A DNA stretch of 64,000 nucleotides from an uncultured Alphaproteobacteria bacterium (GCA_963818155.1 CAWFRC010000001.1:7730-71729); one strand, 5' to 3'. Shown: positions 39,254 through 50,036, counted from the stretch's first letter. Numbers and translations are program-made. The notes: a model not told the origin generated them from the letters alone.

Positions 39254-39466
39254 CTGAGCGCCGGTCCTTTCAAGGTCGCGCGCTGGACCTTGCAAACGAC
39301 AGGCGGCGCCATTACTCTGCCTCTTCTTGTTACCGGTCCCAAGTCCAGAGAGGCTTTCGCCCTTGTTGACGCTCCGAAAGAAGTCGGCGGGTTCGCGGCA
39401 GGCTGCCGTCTCTGGAACACCGCGGCGCCCGGCCGACGACGCCTCCCACAGCGAGCGCTCCGGAGA

Positions 39467-40306
39467 ATGACGGACGTTGCAGACGTCGGTGATTTCAACA
39501 CCGAAGGACCCGCTCGGCGCGGGTCGCTGGACGGTCGCGTTGCAATTCTCACTGGATCCACCGGGGGCCTCGGGCTTGCGCTCGCCGAGGGGCTGGCGCA
39601 AGCCGGATGCTGCATCGTGCTCAACGGCATCGAGCCTGCCGAAACGGTCGAAACGGTGCGCAAAGACCTCGAGCATCGTACCGGGGTGACCGTCGCCTAC
39701 CACAGGGCCAATGTCGGCGATCCACGTGACATCAAGGCGCTCGTCGCCGCAACTTTGGACCGGTTTGGCGCAATCGATATTCTCGTCAACAATGCGGTCG
39801 TTCGGCATTTTTCACCGATCGTCGATTTTCCTGACGAACATTGGAACGCCGCGTTGGCGGTGAATTTGTCGGCCGCCTTTCACGCGATAAAGTTGACCCT
39901 CCCGCATATGCGCAAACGTAACTTTGGTCGAATATTCAATATGACCTCCGTCTACGGCTCGCGCGGAACCACGAACCGGGTCGATTACGTGACCACGAAA
40001 GCGGCATTGCTTGGTCTGACGCGTGCGGTTGCTCTGGAGAATCTCGATTACGACGTGACCTGCCACGGGATTTGTCCCGGCTCGGTCCTGACCCCAGGAA
40101 CCGACGGACGCGTCCAACAAATCATGATCGATGAGCACATATCGCGAGAAGCCGCCGAGAAGGCGTTTCTGCAGGGTAAGCAACCCGGCGGGCGTTTCGT
40201 ACCGGTCCGAAGCGTGACCGAGCTTCTTGTCTTTCTGTGTGGCCCGGTGGCGAAAGACATGACCGGCGCCATTTTACCAGTCGAAGCCGGCTGGCTTGCC
40301 AGTTGA
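39467..40306 (+). CDS. SDR family oxidoreductase (3-hydroxybutyrate dehydrogenase-like)
   Basis: ATG 39467 after GGAG. TGSTGGLG cofactor motif, NNAV, Y-x3-K (YVTTK). Confidence 0.85.
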   Translation: MTDVADVGDFNTEGPARRGSLDGRVAILTGSTGGLGLALAEGLAQAGCCIVLNGIEPAETVETVRKDLEHRTGVTVAYHRANVGDPRDIKALVAATLDRFGAIDILVNNAVVRHFSPIVDFPDEHWNAALAVNLSAAFHAIKLTLPHMRKRNFGRIFNMTSVYGSRGTTNRVDYVTTKAALLGLTRAVALENLDYDVTCHGICPGSVLTPGTDGRVQQIMIDEHISREAAEKAFLQGKQPGGRFVPVRSVTELLVFLCGPVAKDMTGAILPVEAGWLAS

Positions 40307-40315
40307 GGTGCCGTC

Positions 40316-41113
40316 TTGAGCGAAACCTACGAGCTGTTCGCAATCCGCTACGGTCATCATCATCGCACCGCGACGCATAATTTTCTCGGCGGCGATCCGC
40401 ACGACGGCCCCATGCCGCTCGACTATTTTGTCTGGGCCATCGTCGGAAAGAAGCAAAGCTTCGTCTTCGATACCGGCTTCGACGCTGCCCGCGCTGCGAA
40501 GCGACAGCGCACTTTGCTGCGTCCGGTGGGTGAAGGATTGAAGATTATCGGGATCGATCCCGATAGTGTCGAAGACGTCATCATTTCGCACATGCATTTC
40601 GATCATGCGGGCAATCACGGACTCTTTCCGAAGGCGCGCTATCACGTGCAGGACACCGAGATGAAGTACTGCACGGGCCGCTGCATGTGCCATCAGGCGC
40701 TACGAGGTCCGTTCGATGCGGACGACGTCACCGCCATGGTCGATAAGATCTTCGCCGACCGTGTCGTATTCCACGATGGCGAGTCCGAAATCGCGCCGAA
40801 CCTGACGGTTCACAAAGTGGGAGGACACTCCAAAGGGCTGCAGGTGGTGCGCGTGCTGACACGACGGGGATGGGTCGTTCTCGGATCCGACGCGTCGCAT
40901 TTCTACGCCAATTTCGAACAAAATCGGCCGTTTCCCGTCCTGGAAAGCGTCACCGATATGCTCGAAGGCTTCGCGACCATGCGGCGGCTTGCGTCGTCGA
41001 ACAATCATGTCATTCCAGGCCACGATCCCTTGGTTCTCGAGCGCTATCCCGCTGCCAATCCCAACGTTGGCGACATCGTCCGGCTCGACGCCGATCCCGT
41101 TCAAAAGAATTAG
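40316..41113 (+). CDS. MBL-fold N-acyl-homoserine-lactonase-like hydrolase (paralogue 3)
   Basis: SHMHFDHAG motif. Its N-terminus YELFAIRYGHH..NFLGGDPHDGPMPLDYFVW parallels the gene at 28.7 kb. Confidence 0.85.
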   Translation: MSETYELFAIRYGHHHRTATHNFLGGDPHDGPMPLDYFVWAIVGKKQSFVFDTGFDAARAAKRQRTLLRPVGEGLKIIGIDPDSVEDVIISHMHFDHAGNHGLFPKARYHVQDTEMKYCTGRCMCHQALRGPFDADDVTAMVDKIFADRVVFHDGESEIAPNLTVHKVGGHSKGLQVVRVLTRRGWVVLGSDASHFYANFEQNRPFPVLESVTDMLEGFATMRRLASSNNHVIPGHDPLVLERYPAANPNVGDIVRLDADPVQKN

Positions 41114-41209
41114 AACGCGGAGAAAAACGAGCGCCCTGCTCTGCTTCGGCAATCGGACCGGCGTACATTGGCCGGTCCAACAGTCTTTAAGTCTGCCGCC
41201 GCGCGGTCC

Positions 41210-41995
41210 TTAAAGTTGATCGGCGCCTGCCACAAATCCGCCGCCGTCGATCACCACGGCTTGGCCGGTAATGAATGAGGCCGCGTCCGAACAGAGGAAC
41301 AGGACGAGTTGCGCGATCTCGGAGGGATCGCTGATGCGCCCCATCGGGATCATCGGCAATACCGTGTCTCTTGCGGCCTGCGCGCCACCGAACATATCCA
41401 TGATCAGCGGCGTCATCACCGATCCCGGCGCGATCGCGTTGACGCGGATATTCTTGCGTGCCACCTCGAGCGCCACGGAGTTTGTGAGGCCGATAACGCC
41501 CCATTTGCTTGCGCAATAGGCCGCCGTGCCGGCGAAGCCCATCACGCCGAACAGCGACGACGTGTTGACGATTGCTCCGCCCCCCTTCGCGATCATATGC
41601 GGGACCTGACATCGCAATCCGTAAAAAATGCCCCTGAGATTGACCTCCATCAGCCGGTTGTATTCCTCGTCTTCCAGGTCCTGAACCGGAGTAGCCTCGC
41701 CCGATACGCCGGCATTGTTAAAGGCGACGTCGATACGGCCGAATCGCTCAAACGCCTCATCGTGCAGCCGCTTCATGGCCGCACCATCGCGGACGTTGAT
41801 CTCGCGAAACTCGATCTTCCTGCCGATCCCTTTGACCTCCTCGACGAGGCTTTTCCCGTGATCAGCGCCGAGGCCCGCGACGAAAAGATCTGCACCGGAC
41901 TGTGCGAAGGCCAGCGCCGTTGCCCGCCCGATGCCGGTGGTGGCGCCGATCACCAGGACGTTCTTTCCGGAAAAGTCGTATTTCACCTGCGACAT
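41210..41995 (-). CDS. SDR family oxidoreductase
   Basis: ATG 41995. GATTGIGRA motif, NNAG, YCASK. Confidence 0.85.
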   Translation of the reverse strand: MSQVKYDFSGKNVLVIGATTGIGRATALAFAQSGADLFVAGLGADHGKSLVEEVKGIGRKIEFREINVRDGAAMKRLHDEAFERFGRIDVAFNNAGVSGEATPVQDLEDEEYNRLMEVNLRGIFYGLRCQVPHMIAKGGGAIVNTSSLFGVMGFAGTAAYCASKWGVIGLTNSVALEVARKNIRVNAIAPGSVMTPLIMDMFGGAQAARDTVLPMIPMGRISDPSEIAQLVLFLCSDAASFITGQAVVIDGGGFVAGADQL

Positions 41996-42786
41996 GTCAG
42001 CTCTTCCTCCACCTTGCGGGCCGCGCCCTGCATCGAGCCTGGCAACCGCTTCATTATGCGGACGCTCCGGACACCACCGAGCAACGGCGACATTCGTCAA
42101 CGGCTGCAACCGGCACGCCCGAAGCGTTCACGCTCAACGTTTGGACCAGCTCCTGCGGGCGAAGGTATTTGATACCGATAACACGCTCCACAAAAAAAAT
42201 GACCGGTGCCAATGCACCTTCTCAACGCAACAATCACGCGTTGAGCGAGCCGCCCCGGTGTGCGCGAGTCGTCGGCTGTTATCGGCGCACCCGTGCTCCC
42301 CGGCTGCCCGCTGCCATTGCGTTACTTGTTGCAACGCCGAAATTGGCCGCGCGAAACTCGCACCGTTTCGCCCAGCCATGGCGCGCGGACTCGGTACCGG
42401 CGCGCGAGAGGCTTATCACAGCGACAGCATCATGGAGGGGTCTATTGCCACTTCGAAAAAGTTGCTTCATGATACCGCTATCAAGACCGAATGAGCGACA
42501 CTCGAGGGGGAGGGTAAATCGCGGTCAGGATCACCTTTCGCCTAAGCAGGATTGGCATCGAGACGGCTTGGCACATTCTGAATGCGCCAGCATTTTCGAT
42601 CCGCTTGATCGCGACAAGACGCGCGAGGCGCCGACCCAGCGATGCGAGAAGGACGGAATGAGAAAGACGGAAACGCAAAAGGCGCAGGCCTAAGCCGTTC
42701 GACCCGACGGCTTGCTCGGTCTGCCCGCCACGTTCGAATGCAACGCCGCCTCAGCAAAAGGCGGCAACGTCACTGGGAGGAATAGG

Positions 42787-43716
42787 ATGCGTAAATTGCT
42801 TGTTGCTGCCGCGGCCATGGCTTGCGCTTTGTTCGCCGCCGGTTCTGCCAACGCCAAAACGCTCGGCATCGTTGCCCTTTTGGCCAATGACGCCTTGAAT
42901 ATCGACGTGATCGGCGGCGCGACCGAGGCCGCGAAGGCGGCCGGGTGGAACGTCAAGGTCATCGACACGCAGGCGAGCGCCGACAAGGCCAACGCGGCGA
43001 TGAACACGTTCGTCGTCGAGCATGTGGACGCCATCTTCGTCTTGGCCTTCGCCAGCAGTTCAATCGGCTCCGGTCTTGAGGCGGCGCGCCAAGCGCATAT
43101 TCCCGTGGCGATGTGGGGCGGCGAGATCGTACCCGGCGTCGTCGTGGCGACCAGCGGCCGGCAAGTCGGCGACAACTCCGCCAAGTTTCTGCTCAGCAAG
43201 GTCGGCGACAGCGCCGACATCCTGGCTCTGACCTTTCACCCCGGCAAACTGTGCATCGACCGCGGTATCGCGTTCGATGATGCCGTAAAGGGCAAGTCGA
43301 ACATTCATGTCACCTACAGCGAGATCACCGTGCCGGGTCAGGTGCAGAATGGCAACGCCCTCACCCAAGCCTGGCTGACCAGCCATCCGGGCGGCGGCGC
43401 GCGCAAGCTCGGTATCTGGTCGTGTTGGGACGAGCCGACGACGGGCGCGGTCGCGGCACTGCGCCAGGCGGGCCGTACCGACGTTGTCACCTCGTCGATC
43501 AACGGCAGTCCGCAGGCCGTGCAGATGGTCAAGGACGGCGACATGACCGGGACCACCTGGCAACCCGCCTATGAGGAGGGAAAGCAGGTATTCAAGGCCA
43601 TTCTGGACTCGATGGCCGCCGGCGCTTCCTGGACCCCGAAGGTCATCTCCATCCCGGGGGTGGTCGTCAACGCCGACAACATCGATCAATTCGCGAAAGA
43701 CCACCCGACCAAATAG
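42787..43716 (+). CDS. Sugar ABC transporter substrate-binding protein (RbsB-like)
   Basis: ATG 42787 after GGGAGGAA. Signal peptide MRKLLVAAAAMACALFAAGSANA. Confidence 0.85.
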   Translation: MRKLLVAAAAMACALFAAGSANAKTLGIVALLANDALNIDVIGGATEAAKAAGWNVKVIDTQASADKANAAMNTFVVEHVDAIFVLAFASSSIGSGLEAARQAHIPVAMWGGEIVPGVVVATSGRQVGDNSAKFLLSKVGDSADILALTFHPGKLCIDRGIAFDDAVKGKSNIHVTYSEITVPGQVQNGNALTQAWLTSHPGGGARKLGIWSCWDEPTTGAVAALRQAGRTDVVTSSINGSPQAVQMVKDGDMTGTTWQPAYEEGKQVFKAILDSMAAGASWTPKVISIPGVVVNADNIDQFAKDHPTK

Positions 43717-46320
43717 ATGCTCGCGCAAGGCCAAATTTCTGACGCTTCGGCCGAAGGGGGATCCGCACTTGCGCGATCCCCCGACGTTTGGATGCAGATT
43801 CGCGGGCTCACCAAATCGTTCGCCGGTGAGCTCGCATTGGACGAAGCCAACCTCGATATCAAAAAGGGGGAAGTTCATGGGCTGGTAGGCGCCAACGGCG
43901 CCGGCAAGTCCACCCTGATCCGATGCCTGGCGGGCGTCACTCTGGCGGATCGTGGACGGATTACTGTTGACGGCGCCGAACTTCCTCAAGGCTCGCCGCA
44001 GGCGTCGGAGCAGGCCGGGCTGGCCTTCATCCACCAGGAACTCAATCTGGTCCCCCATTTCAGTGCCCTGCAGAACATGCTGCTCGGCGTTCCTAAGGCC
44101 AACCGCTTCGGTTTGATCGACTGGAGGCGTTCGAGCACCCGCGCCCGCGCCGCGGCCGAACGTATCGGCGTGCACTTCCCGCTCGAGACCCGGGCCTCCG
44201 ACCTCTCCGTCGCCGAGCGCTGGCTGGTGATCATCGGCAAGGCGCTGATGCGCGACGCCAGCATGATCGCAATGGACGAGCCGACCGCATCCCTTTCGGG
44301 CCCCGAGAGCGACAAGCTGTTCGCGATCATCCGCGATCTTTCCCGTGACGGTGTCGCGATCCTCTACGTATCCCATCGCCTCGAAGAGGTCCTCGACCTC
44401 TGCGATCGGATCACCGTCCTGCGGGACGGCCGGATCGTCGACGACGCCGAGCGCGGACGCCTCGACAAGAAGGGGCTCGTGCGCGCCATCATCGGCCACG
44501 ATATCCACTCGCCCGAAGACCGTGAACGCTTCACCGCGGACCGATCGGGCAGGCCCGTCTTTTCGGTTCGGGACGTCACCTGGCGCGGCGCGGTGAAGGG
44601 CGTCAGCTTCGACGTCTATCCCGGCGAGGTGTTGGCGCTTGGCGGATTGGTCGGAGCCGGGCGCACCGAGCTGGCGCATCTCGCAGCCGGCGTAGAGCGG
44701 CCCGACGAGGGTCACTTCGAGCTTGATGGAACGCGGCTCGATATCGCCAACGAAGCCGAGGCGGTCGCGGCCGGAATAGCTCTCGTGCCAGAAGAGCGCC
44801 GTTCGCAAGGCCTGATGCTCCAGCAATCCGTTGGCTTCAACATCAACATCGCATCGCTTGCAAACTTGCGCACTGTTCCCGCGCTGCCGTTTGTGTCTGC
44901 CGGCAAAGGGCGTCGTCGCGCCGACGGCTTCGTCGACAAGCTCGGCATCAAGACCCCGAGCAGCGCCACCAAGATCGCCAGCCTTTCTGGCGGCAACCAA
45001 CAAAAGGCGCTGATCGCCCGCTGGCTGCGTCCGGGCATCCGGCTCCTGATCCTCGACGAACCGTCGCGCGGCGTCGACGTCGGTGCCCGCGAGGAGATCC
45101 ACGATACCATTCGCTCCCTTGCCCGCTCCGGCGTGGGCATTATCGTGATCTCCTCCGACGTTGAGGAGCTTGCAGCGCTCGCCGATCGTGTTGTCGTCAT
45201 GCGCGAGGGACACCTCACAGGTGAGCTCACCGGCCCCGACATAACCGAGGCCCGGATCATTGAACTCAGCTATCACGACGCCGATGGCGGCGGAGGAGAA
45301 CAAGGCTTGACCACACGGAGCGAAGCTGCAGCGGGAACCGCGCTCGGCCGCAATCGGATTGACTGGAAGCGCCTCGGTCTGACGTTCCTGTCGCGCTACG
45401 CCACCATCTTTGGGCTTCTGCTCATGATCCTGGTCTTCTCGATCATGGCGCCCGACACGTTCTTCTCGCGTGCCAACTTTCTCAACATCTTGAGCCAGGC
45501 ATCGCTGACCGCCATCATCGCCGCAGGACTGACCTACACGCTTGTCGTCGGCGAGTTCGATCTCAGCATCGGTTTCGTGGCGAGCTTCATCGGCCTGATC
45601 GTTGTCGGCTTCATGTCCTATCAGGGATTGCCGATCTGGCTCAGTATTGCCGCCGCTCTCGCCATCGGCATCGGCCTTGGATTGATCAACGGCGCGCTGG
45701 TCACCAAGGTACGGATAAACGCCGTCATCTCAACGCTCGGCTTGGGCACGATGTTGACGGGTATAGGCTTCTCCTACAGCGCCTTCCCGATCGCCACCGG
45801 CATACCCCGTGCCTTCACCAACCTGTCGCTCGGCCGGGTGCTGTTCGGGATTCCGAACCCGGTCTTTTTCATGCTCGGTATTCTTCTGGTCCTCTGGGTG
45901 ACGCTCAACAAGACCGATATCGGCCAGAAAATGCAGGCGGTCGGCAGCAATATCGAGGCGGCCCGGCTCTCCGGGATCCGCGTCGACCGCATCAAGATGT
46001 TCGCATTTGCGACAGCCGGGCTCTGTGCGGCCATCACCGGCACGCTGCTTTCGTCGCTTCTGGGCAGTGGAACGCTCGGCGTCGGAGACGGCTATCTTCT
46101 CGATGCTTTTGCCGCCGTCTTTCTGGGTTCGGCGACGTTACGAGAAGGCGAGTTTCATATCGTCGGCACCTTCGTGGGCGTGCTCATCCTCGCAGTCGGA
46201 TTCAACGGTCTCGCCATTCTCGGCGCACCCACGCACTTTCAGCCGATCTTCAAAGGAGGAATTCTGATCCTCGCAGTCGGCGTATCGGCGTTGGCAAGAC
46301 GCTACGCCGCTTCGCGCTGA
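43717..46320 (+). CDS. Sugar ABC transporter: tandem ATPase (RbsA-like) fused, as assembled, to a permease (RbsC-like)
   Basis: Two ABC cassettes (GANGAGKST; LSGGNQQK..LILDEPSRG), then ~330 aa of polytopic permease in the same frame. The likely true start is ATG 43792. Confidence 0.8.
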   Translation: MLAQGQISDASAEGGSALARSPDVWMQIRGLTKSFAGELALDEANLDIKKGEVHGLVGANGAGKSTLIRCLAGVTLADRGRITVDGAELPQGSPQASEQAGLAFIHQELNLVPHFSALQNMLLGVPKANRFGLIDWRRSSTRARAAAERIGVHFPLETRASDLSVAERWLVIIGKALMRDASMIAMDEPTASLSGPESDKLFAIIRDLSRDGVAILYVSHRLEEVLDLCDRITVLRDGRIVDDAERGRLDKKGLVRAIIGHDIHSPEDRERFTADRSGRPVFSVRDVTWRGAVKGVSFDVYPGEVLALGGLVGAGRTELAHLAAGVERPDEGHFELDGTRLDIANEAEAVAAGIALVPEERRSQGLMLQQSVGFNINIASLANLRTVPALPFVSAGKGRRRADGFVDKLGIKTPSSATKIASLSGGNQQKALIARWLRPGIRLLILDEPSRGVDVGAREEIHDTIRSLARSGVGIIVISSDVEELAALADRVVVMREGHLTGELTGPDITEARIIELSYHDADGGGGEQGLTTRSEAAAGTALGRNRIDWKRLGLTFLSRYATIFGLLLMILVFSIMAPDTFFSRANFLNILSQASLTAIIAAGLTYTLVVGEFDLSIGFVASFIGLIVVGFMSYQGLPIWLSIAAALAIGIGLGLINGALVTKVRINAVISTLGLGTMLTGIGFSYSAFPIATGIPRAFTNLSLGRVLFGIPNPVFFMLGILLVLWVTLNKTDIGQKMQAVGSNIEAARLSGIRVDRIKMFAFATAGLCAAITGTLLSSLLGSGTLGVGDGYLLDAFAAVFLGSATLREGEFHIVGTFVGVLILAVGFNGLAILGAPTHFQPIFKGGILILAVGVSALARRYAASR

Positions 46321-46616
46321 GGACGGCAAATCACGCGCCGTGGGGCTGTGCGGGGCAGTTCGGCGAGCGCTGCCGGGTAAGCGTTAGCCGCGCCCCGAGC
46401 ACCCTCCCCCCGCGGCGTCGCCTTCGCCGCCGCTCTCCGCTACGCGGATGTCTTCATAGAAAGAGAGCCCCGCGCTACTGTGACGTTGCAAGTTGCTGCT
46501 CCGGTATGCACAAGGGGCCGGCATCCACGGGCATTGGTCTTCCAATTGTGCCCGGCTTATCCACGCCGTAGATCAACACGAACGCCACGCCAGATGCGAA
46601 TTCAAGCGGTGCCGCC

Positions 46617-47210
46617 ATGGTTCAACGTTGCCGTGTCATAGGTCTATCGGGTGTTCCCGGCTCCGGTAAATCGACGCTGGTGCGCCTCCTCGCGCGTGAC
46701 TTCCCGAGCGCGAAAGTCCTCTCCTATGATCGGCTGCATCCGCGCATGAGCAATGAACAGGTGGATGATTGGCTCAAGCGTGGCGGCGATCCCAACGAAT
46801 TGGCGCTCGACAATTTGGTCGCCGCCCTCAGAGATCTGACGCAGAGCGCAGGCGACGGAACGCATCCCGCCGTTTTATTTGAAACCGCTTTCGGACGCAC
46901 CCACAACGCTACCGGCGCATTCATCGATTTTTCGATATGGATCGACACCCCGTTGGACATCGCAATGTCGCGGGTAGTGCGCGTGTTTCTGCGCAATGCC
47001 GAACTCGACCCGGCTCCCACTGCTGCAGGCGATCTCATTCCCCGGCTTATGCGCTACATGCAGGATTATCCAATGCTGCGGCGGATGTATTCCCGCGTGA
47101 CCGAGATCGGCAAGGCTTCCGCGGACCTGATCGTCGACGGCACGCCGGCGGCGGAGGACATCGCCGACCAGATCAGGACGGCATTGGCCGGTCGGGATAT
47201 TTCGCCCTGA
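46617..47210 (+). CDS. P-loop NTPase / nucleoside kinase-like protein
   Basis: Walker A GLSGVPGSGKST near the N-terminus. 197 aa. Confidence 0.6.
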   Translation: MVQRCRVIGLSGVPGSGKSTLVRLLARDFPSAKVLSYDRLHPRMSNEQVDDWLKRGGDPNELALDNLVAALRDLTQSAGDGTHPAVLFETAFGRTHNATGAFIDFSIWIDTPLDIAMSRVVRVFLRNAELDPAPTAAGDLIPRLMRYMQDYPMLRRMYSRVTEIGKASADLIVDGTPAAEDIADQIRTALAGRDISP

Positions 47211-47883
47211 CAGCCGATCGTTTCTGGCGGTCGCATGATCGGAACCAATACGACGGTGTCGCATTATTGATGTGGAGCATCTGAGGCGCCGACATGGCCT
47301 CGATACCGCAACTATCCCGTCCCGATGTCTCCGCCGTTTCCACGCGAAATGAAACCTTTTGGCCCGCGTATGCGGGCTTTTCTCTTTGGGGCTGCCCGGC
47401 AGGTGGAACGGTCTGGCTCAAACACGATTAGATAATAAAGCAGAACGGCGATAGAAAAACCACCGTGTCGCAGCGCGCAGGCGCTCTTTGGTCGACGGAC
47501 CAAGGAAGCGCCTTTTTGTTTCTGCGAGGATGCTCTGTTCTAATAAGAAGAAGACCACTTCGCATTCTCGATAGTCGAGCGGCGGAACTTAACGTCGGCA
47601 TTTTCATTTGTTTGTTACGAGCATTCAATATGGACGGGGGACAGTCCATGACACCCGGATCAACACTATCACTCACTTTATTCGCTCTTGCACTGCTCGG
47701 AGTGGTGCGGGCGAGCGATCCACAAATCCAGCAATCCTGCATGAACGTCGCCGTCTGTGCGCTTGCAGTTCGATCAGGATTTCTGGCGGACAGACGTTCC
47801 GATCTTCAGGTACGTCACTCATCTTTGTTCGCATCGGATCAGCGGTCGCTCGGATCCGACATCGTCAATCCGTCGCTGTCCTG

Positions 47884-48408
47884 ATGAGGCTCGTCATGCG
47901 AACGACGCTCGCACTGTCTTTGGTGTCCCTTTTAGCCGCGCCGATGTTTGCGCAAGCGCAAGATCCGGCGGTGACGCTCGGGCCATGGACCATTGCGGTT
48001 TCCTCGAAAGCCGATCATTTCGACAATTGCAGCATGACGCGGTCGACCAGCGATCTCAACGCGAGCTTTGTTCGCGCCAACGACGGGCTGCTGCTTCTGC
48101 TCGATTCACCGAAATGGAGGCTTGAGCGCGGCAAAGCCTACGGGGTCACATTGGTCGCGGGCGCGCGATCGATTAACGCGCAGGCATTGGCCGAGACCAG
48201 AGGCGTGACGATTGCGCTTGCGGATCGCCCGCTCAACGAGAGATTACGGACAGCAAACGTCCTGGAGGTCATTGGCGAAGGGGCGAGTTTGCGCGTGCCA
48301 TTGGATGGAAGCACCGCTGCGCTTGCACGTCTGGAAAGCTGCTTCGAGAAGAACAGTCGCCAAGACACCGATACCAATCCATTCGTTGCGCCCAATCGCA
48401 AGCCCTAG
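47884..48408 (+). CDS. Secreted hypothetical protein
   Basis: Signal peptide MRTTLALSLVSLLAAPMFAQA-QD within track ORF 47608..48408. The upstream part of that ORF is AT-rich and looks non-coding. Confidence 0.55.
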   Translation: MRLVMRTTLALSLVSLLAAPMFAQAQDPAVTLGPWTIAVSSKADHFDNCSMTRSTSDLNASFVRANDGLLLLLDSPKWRLERGKAYGVTLVAGARSINAQALAETRGVTIALADRPLNERLRTANVLEVIGEGASLRVPLDGSTAALARLESCFEKNSRQDTDTNPFVAPNRKP

Positions 48409-48714
48409 AGCGCATCCCGACAAAGTCGAATCGCCGCATAATCAAGATTTATTGTAGTGGAGGCGCGCGCCTCCCCCAATCGGCATCGCACTGCGTTTCG
48501 CCCAAGATTGCACGCAGATCTACGGCGGAGCGAAGTCGGTATGCCGGTTGGAGACCTTAAGCCCCGATACGTTTGCGCAAACGGTCGTTGGCCGGATCGA
48601 CACCGGACTTCTGGGCTGTCACACCTATAACCGACACTTCGACCTCGAGGTCATCGACGTCTTCGGCGCCGTTCATGGCGTGGAATTCGTCACCGCACGT
48701 TATCGCGACGCGCA

Positions 48715-49587
48715 TTAGGAGCTGTTTCCATTGAGGCCCGGGCCGATGAAACGGCTCACGTCCGCAATGGTCACGCCCCGCCCCCCGTTTTCCGTCTTGC
48801 ATTCGGAAAGCGTTTGCAGCGACCTGCTCGGCGAAGTGACCGCCAGCGCCGCGGAAGCCTTCGCGGCGCCGTGGCTGTCATCCCATTCCTGCGCCGAGTG
48901 CTTCATCGCCCAAATGGCTGCCTGGGTGCGATTGCGGACCCGCACTTTGCGCAAGATCGCTTTGACATGGACTTTGACGGTCGCTTCGGTGATGTCGATC
49001 TTCCGCGCAATGACCTTGTTTGACGACCCCTCGACAATGCACCGCAAAATACAATTCTCGCGAAACGACAATTGTGGCCACTCGAGTTCGGCCGCTGCCG
49101 CCATCCTTGGCGCAGGGTCATGCTGGTAGTGCTCGATCCTCTGGTACCGCTCCTCCCCCTGAGGATGCCGGACATAAAATAGCAGCTCCGGCGGCAGGAT
49201 CGTCTCTCCCAGCATGACGAGTTCCAGCGCCTTGATGAACGCGTCGGATTTCTCCTCGCTATCGAAATAGACGTTCGCCCCCGCTTGGAACGCCGCGACC
49301 ATTTCCGCCGAACGGCTGCGGTTGCCCAGCACCGCCACGCGCCCATCCGGATGCTGCTCCTTGAAAATCTTGATTTGCGCTAGCGCAATATTGGCATCGC
49401 CATTCGACTCTATGATCAGAAAGAGTTGATCGTTTCGCTGGGCCACGTTTGCTGCGATATCTTCTAAGGAGGCCACCGACGCGACAACGCGAAAATTGGC
49501 GTCGCCGAGGATATGCGTCAATCCCTCCCGCAACAGAGCATGTGGCCCGATGAGAATAATGCTGAAAGGTCGGCGTCGCATGGACAT
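48715..49587 (-). CDS. LuxR/FixJ-type regulator with degenerate receiver domain
   Basis: C-terminal HTH (LSFRENCILRCIVEGSSNKVIARKIDITEATVKVHVKAILRK). The N-terminal receiver-like fold lacks the acidic pocket by eye (IGPH.., LFLIIESNGD). Confidence 0.8.
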   Translation of the reverse strand: MSMRRRPFSIILIGPHALLREGLTHILGDANFRVVASVASLEDIAANVAQRNDQLFLIIESNGDANIALAQIKIFKEQHPDGRVAVLGNRSRSAEMVAAFQAGANVYFDSEEKSDAFIKALELVMLGETILPPELLFYVRHPQGEERYQRIEHYQHDPAPRMAAAAELEWPQLSFRENCILRCIVEGSSNKVIARKIDITEATVKVHVKAILRKVRVRNRTQAAIWAMKHSAQEWDDSHGAAKASAALAVTSPSRSLQTLSECKTENGGRGVTIADVSRFIGPGLNGNSS

Positions 49588-50036
49588 ACTCTCTAACCGT
49601 TCTCAGCTGATACGATGTGAGCCCAGTTCGCAGACTGTGTGAGCACACGCGATCTGTGCGTCTGCAATGTTGTCGTATTTGCTGCCTTCAGAAAACAACA
49701 ATGACGATCAAAAGACCATCCATCAGCAAACAATAATCGCACGCCGCGTAAGGCACGTCTGCCCTTTTCCCTCATGTCTACCACCACGCCTTTCGGGCGA
49801 TGCCCGCTGCCTGTTGCTCCTCCCCGGCTCCTTCTCGTCAGTCACCCAATCAATCTTCCATTATTGCGCTTTTGCTCGTTTCACTCGTCGTTCATTCCAC
49901 GCCCGGCCGCCCCGACTTACCTTCACGTAAAACAATCACGGCATTTCTTTTTCTTTTTTTCGACTCTGGCGATACTTTCTAAAGGATACTCCCGCAACAA
50001 GCCGCGTAAGCGCTATGGCTTTTCTGTTTCATGAAT

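Noticed and set aside
43060-45303. 747-aa ORF on the minus strand
   Set aside because: It is antisense to the clearly conserved tandem ABC ATPase. It has an Arg/Gly/Ala-rich junk-like composition typical of shadow ORFs in high-GC DNA.
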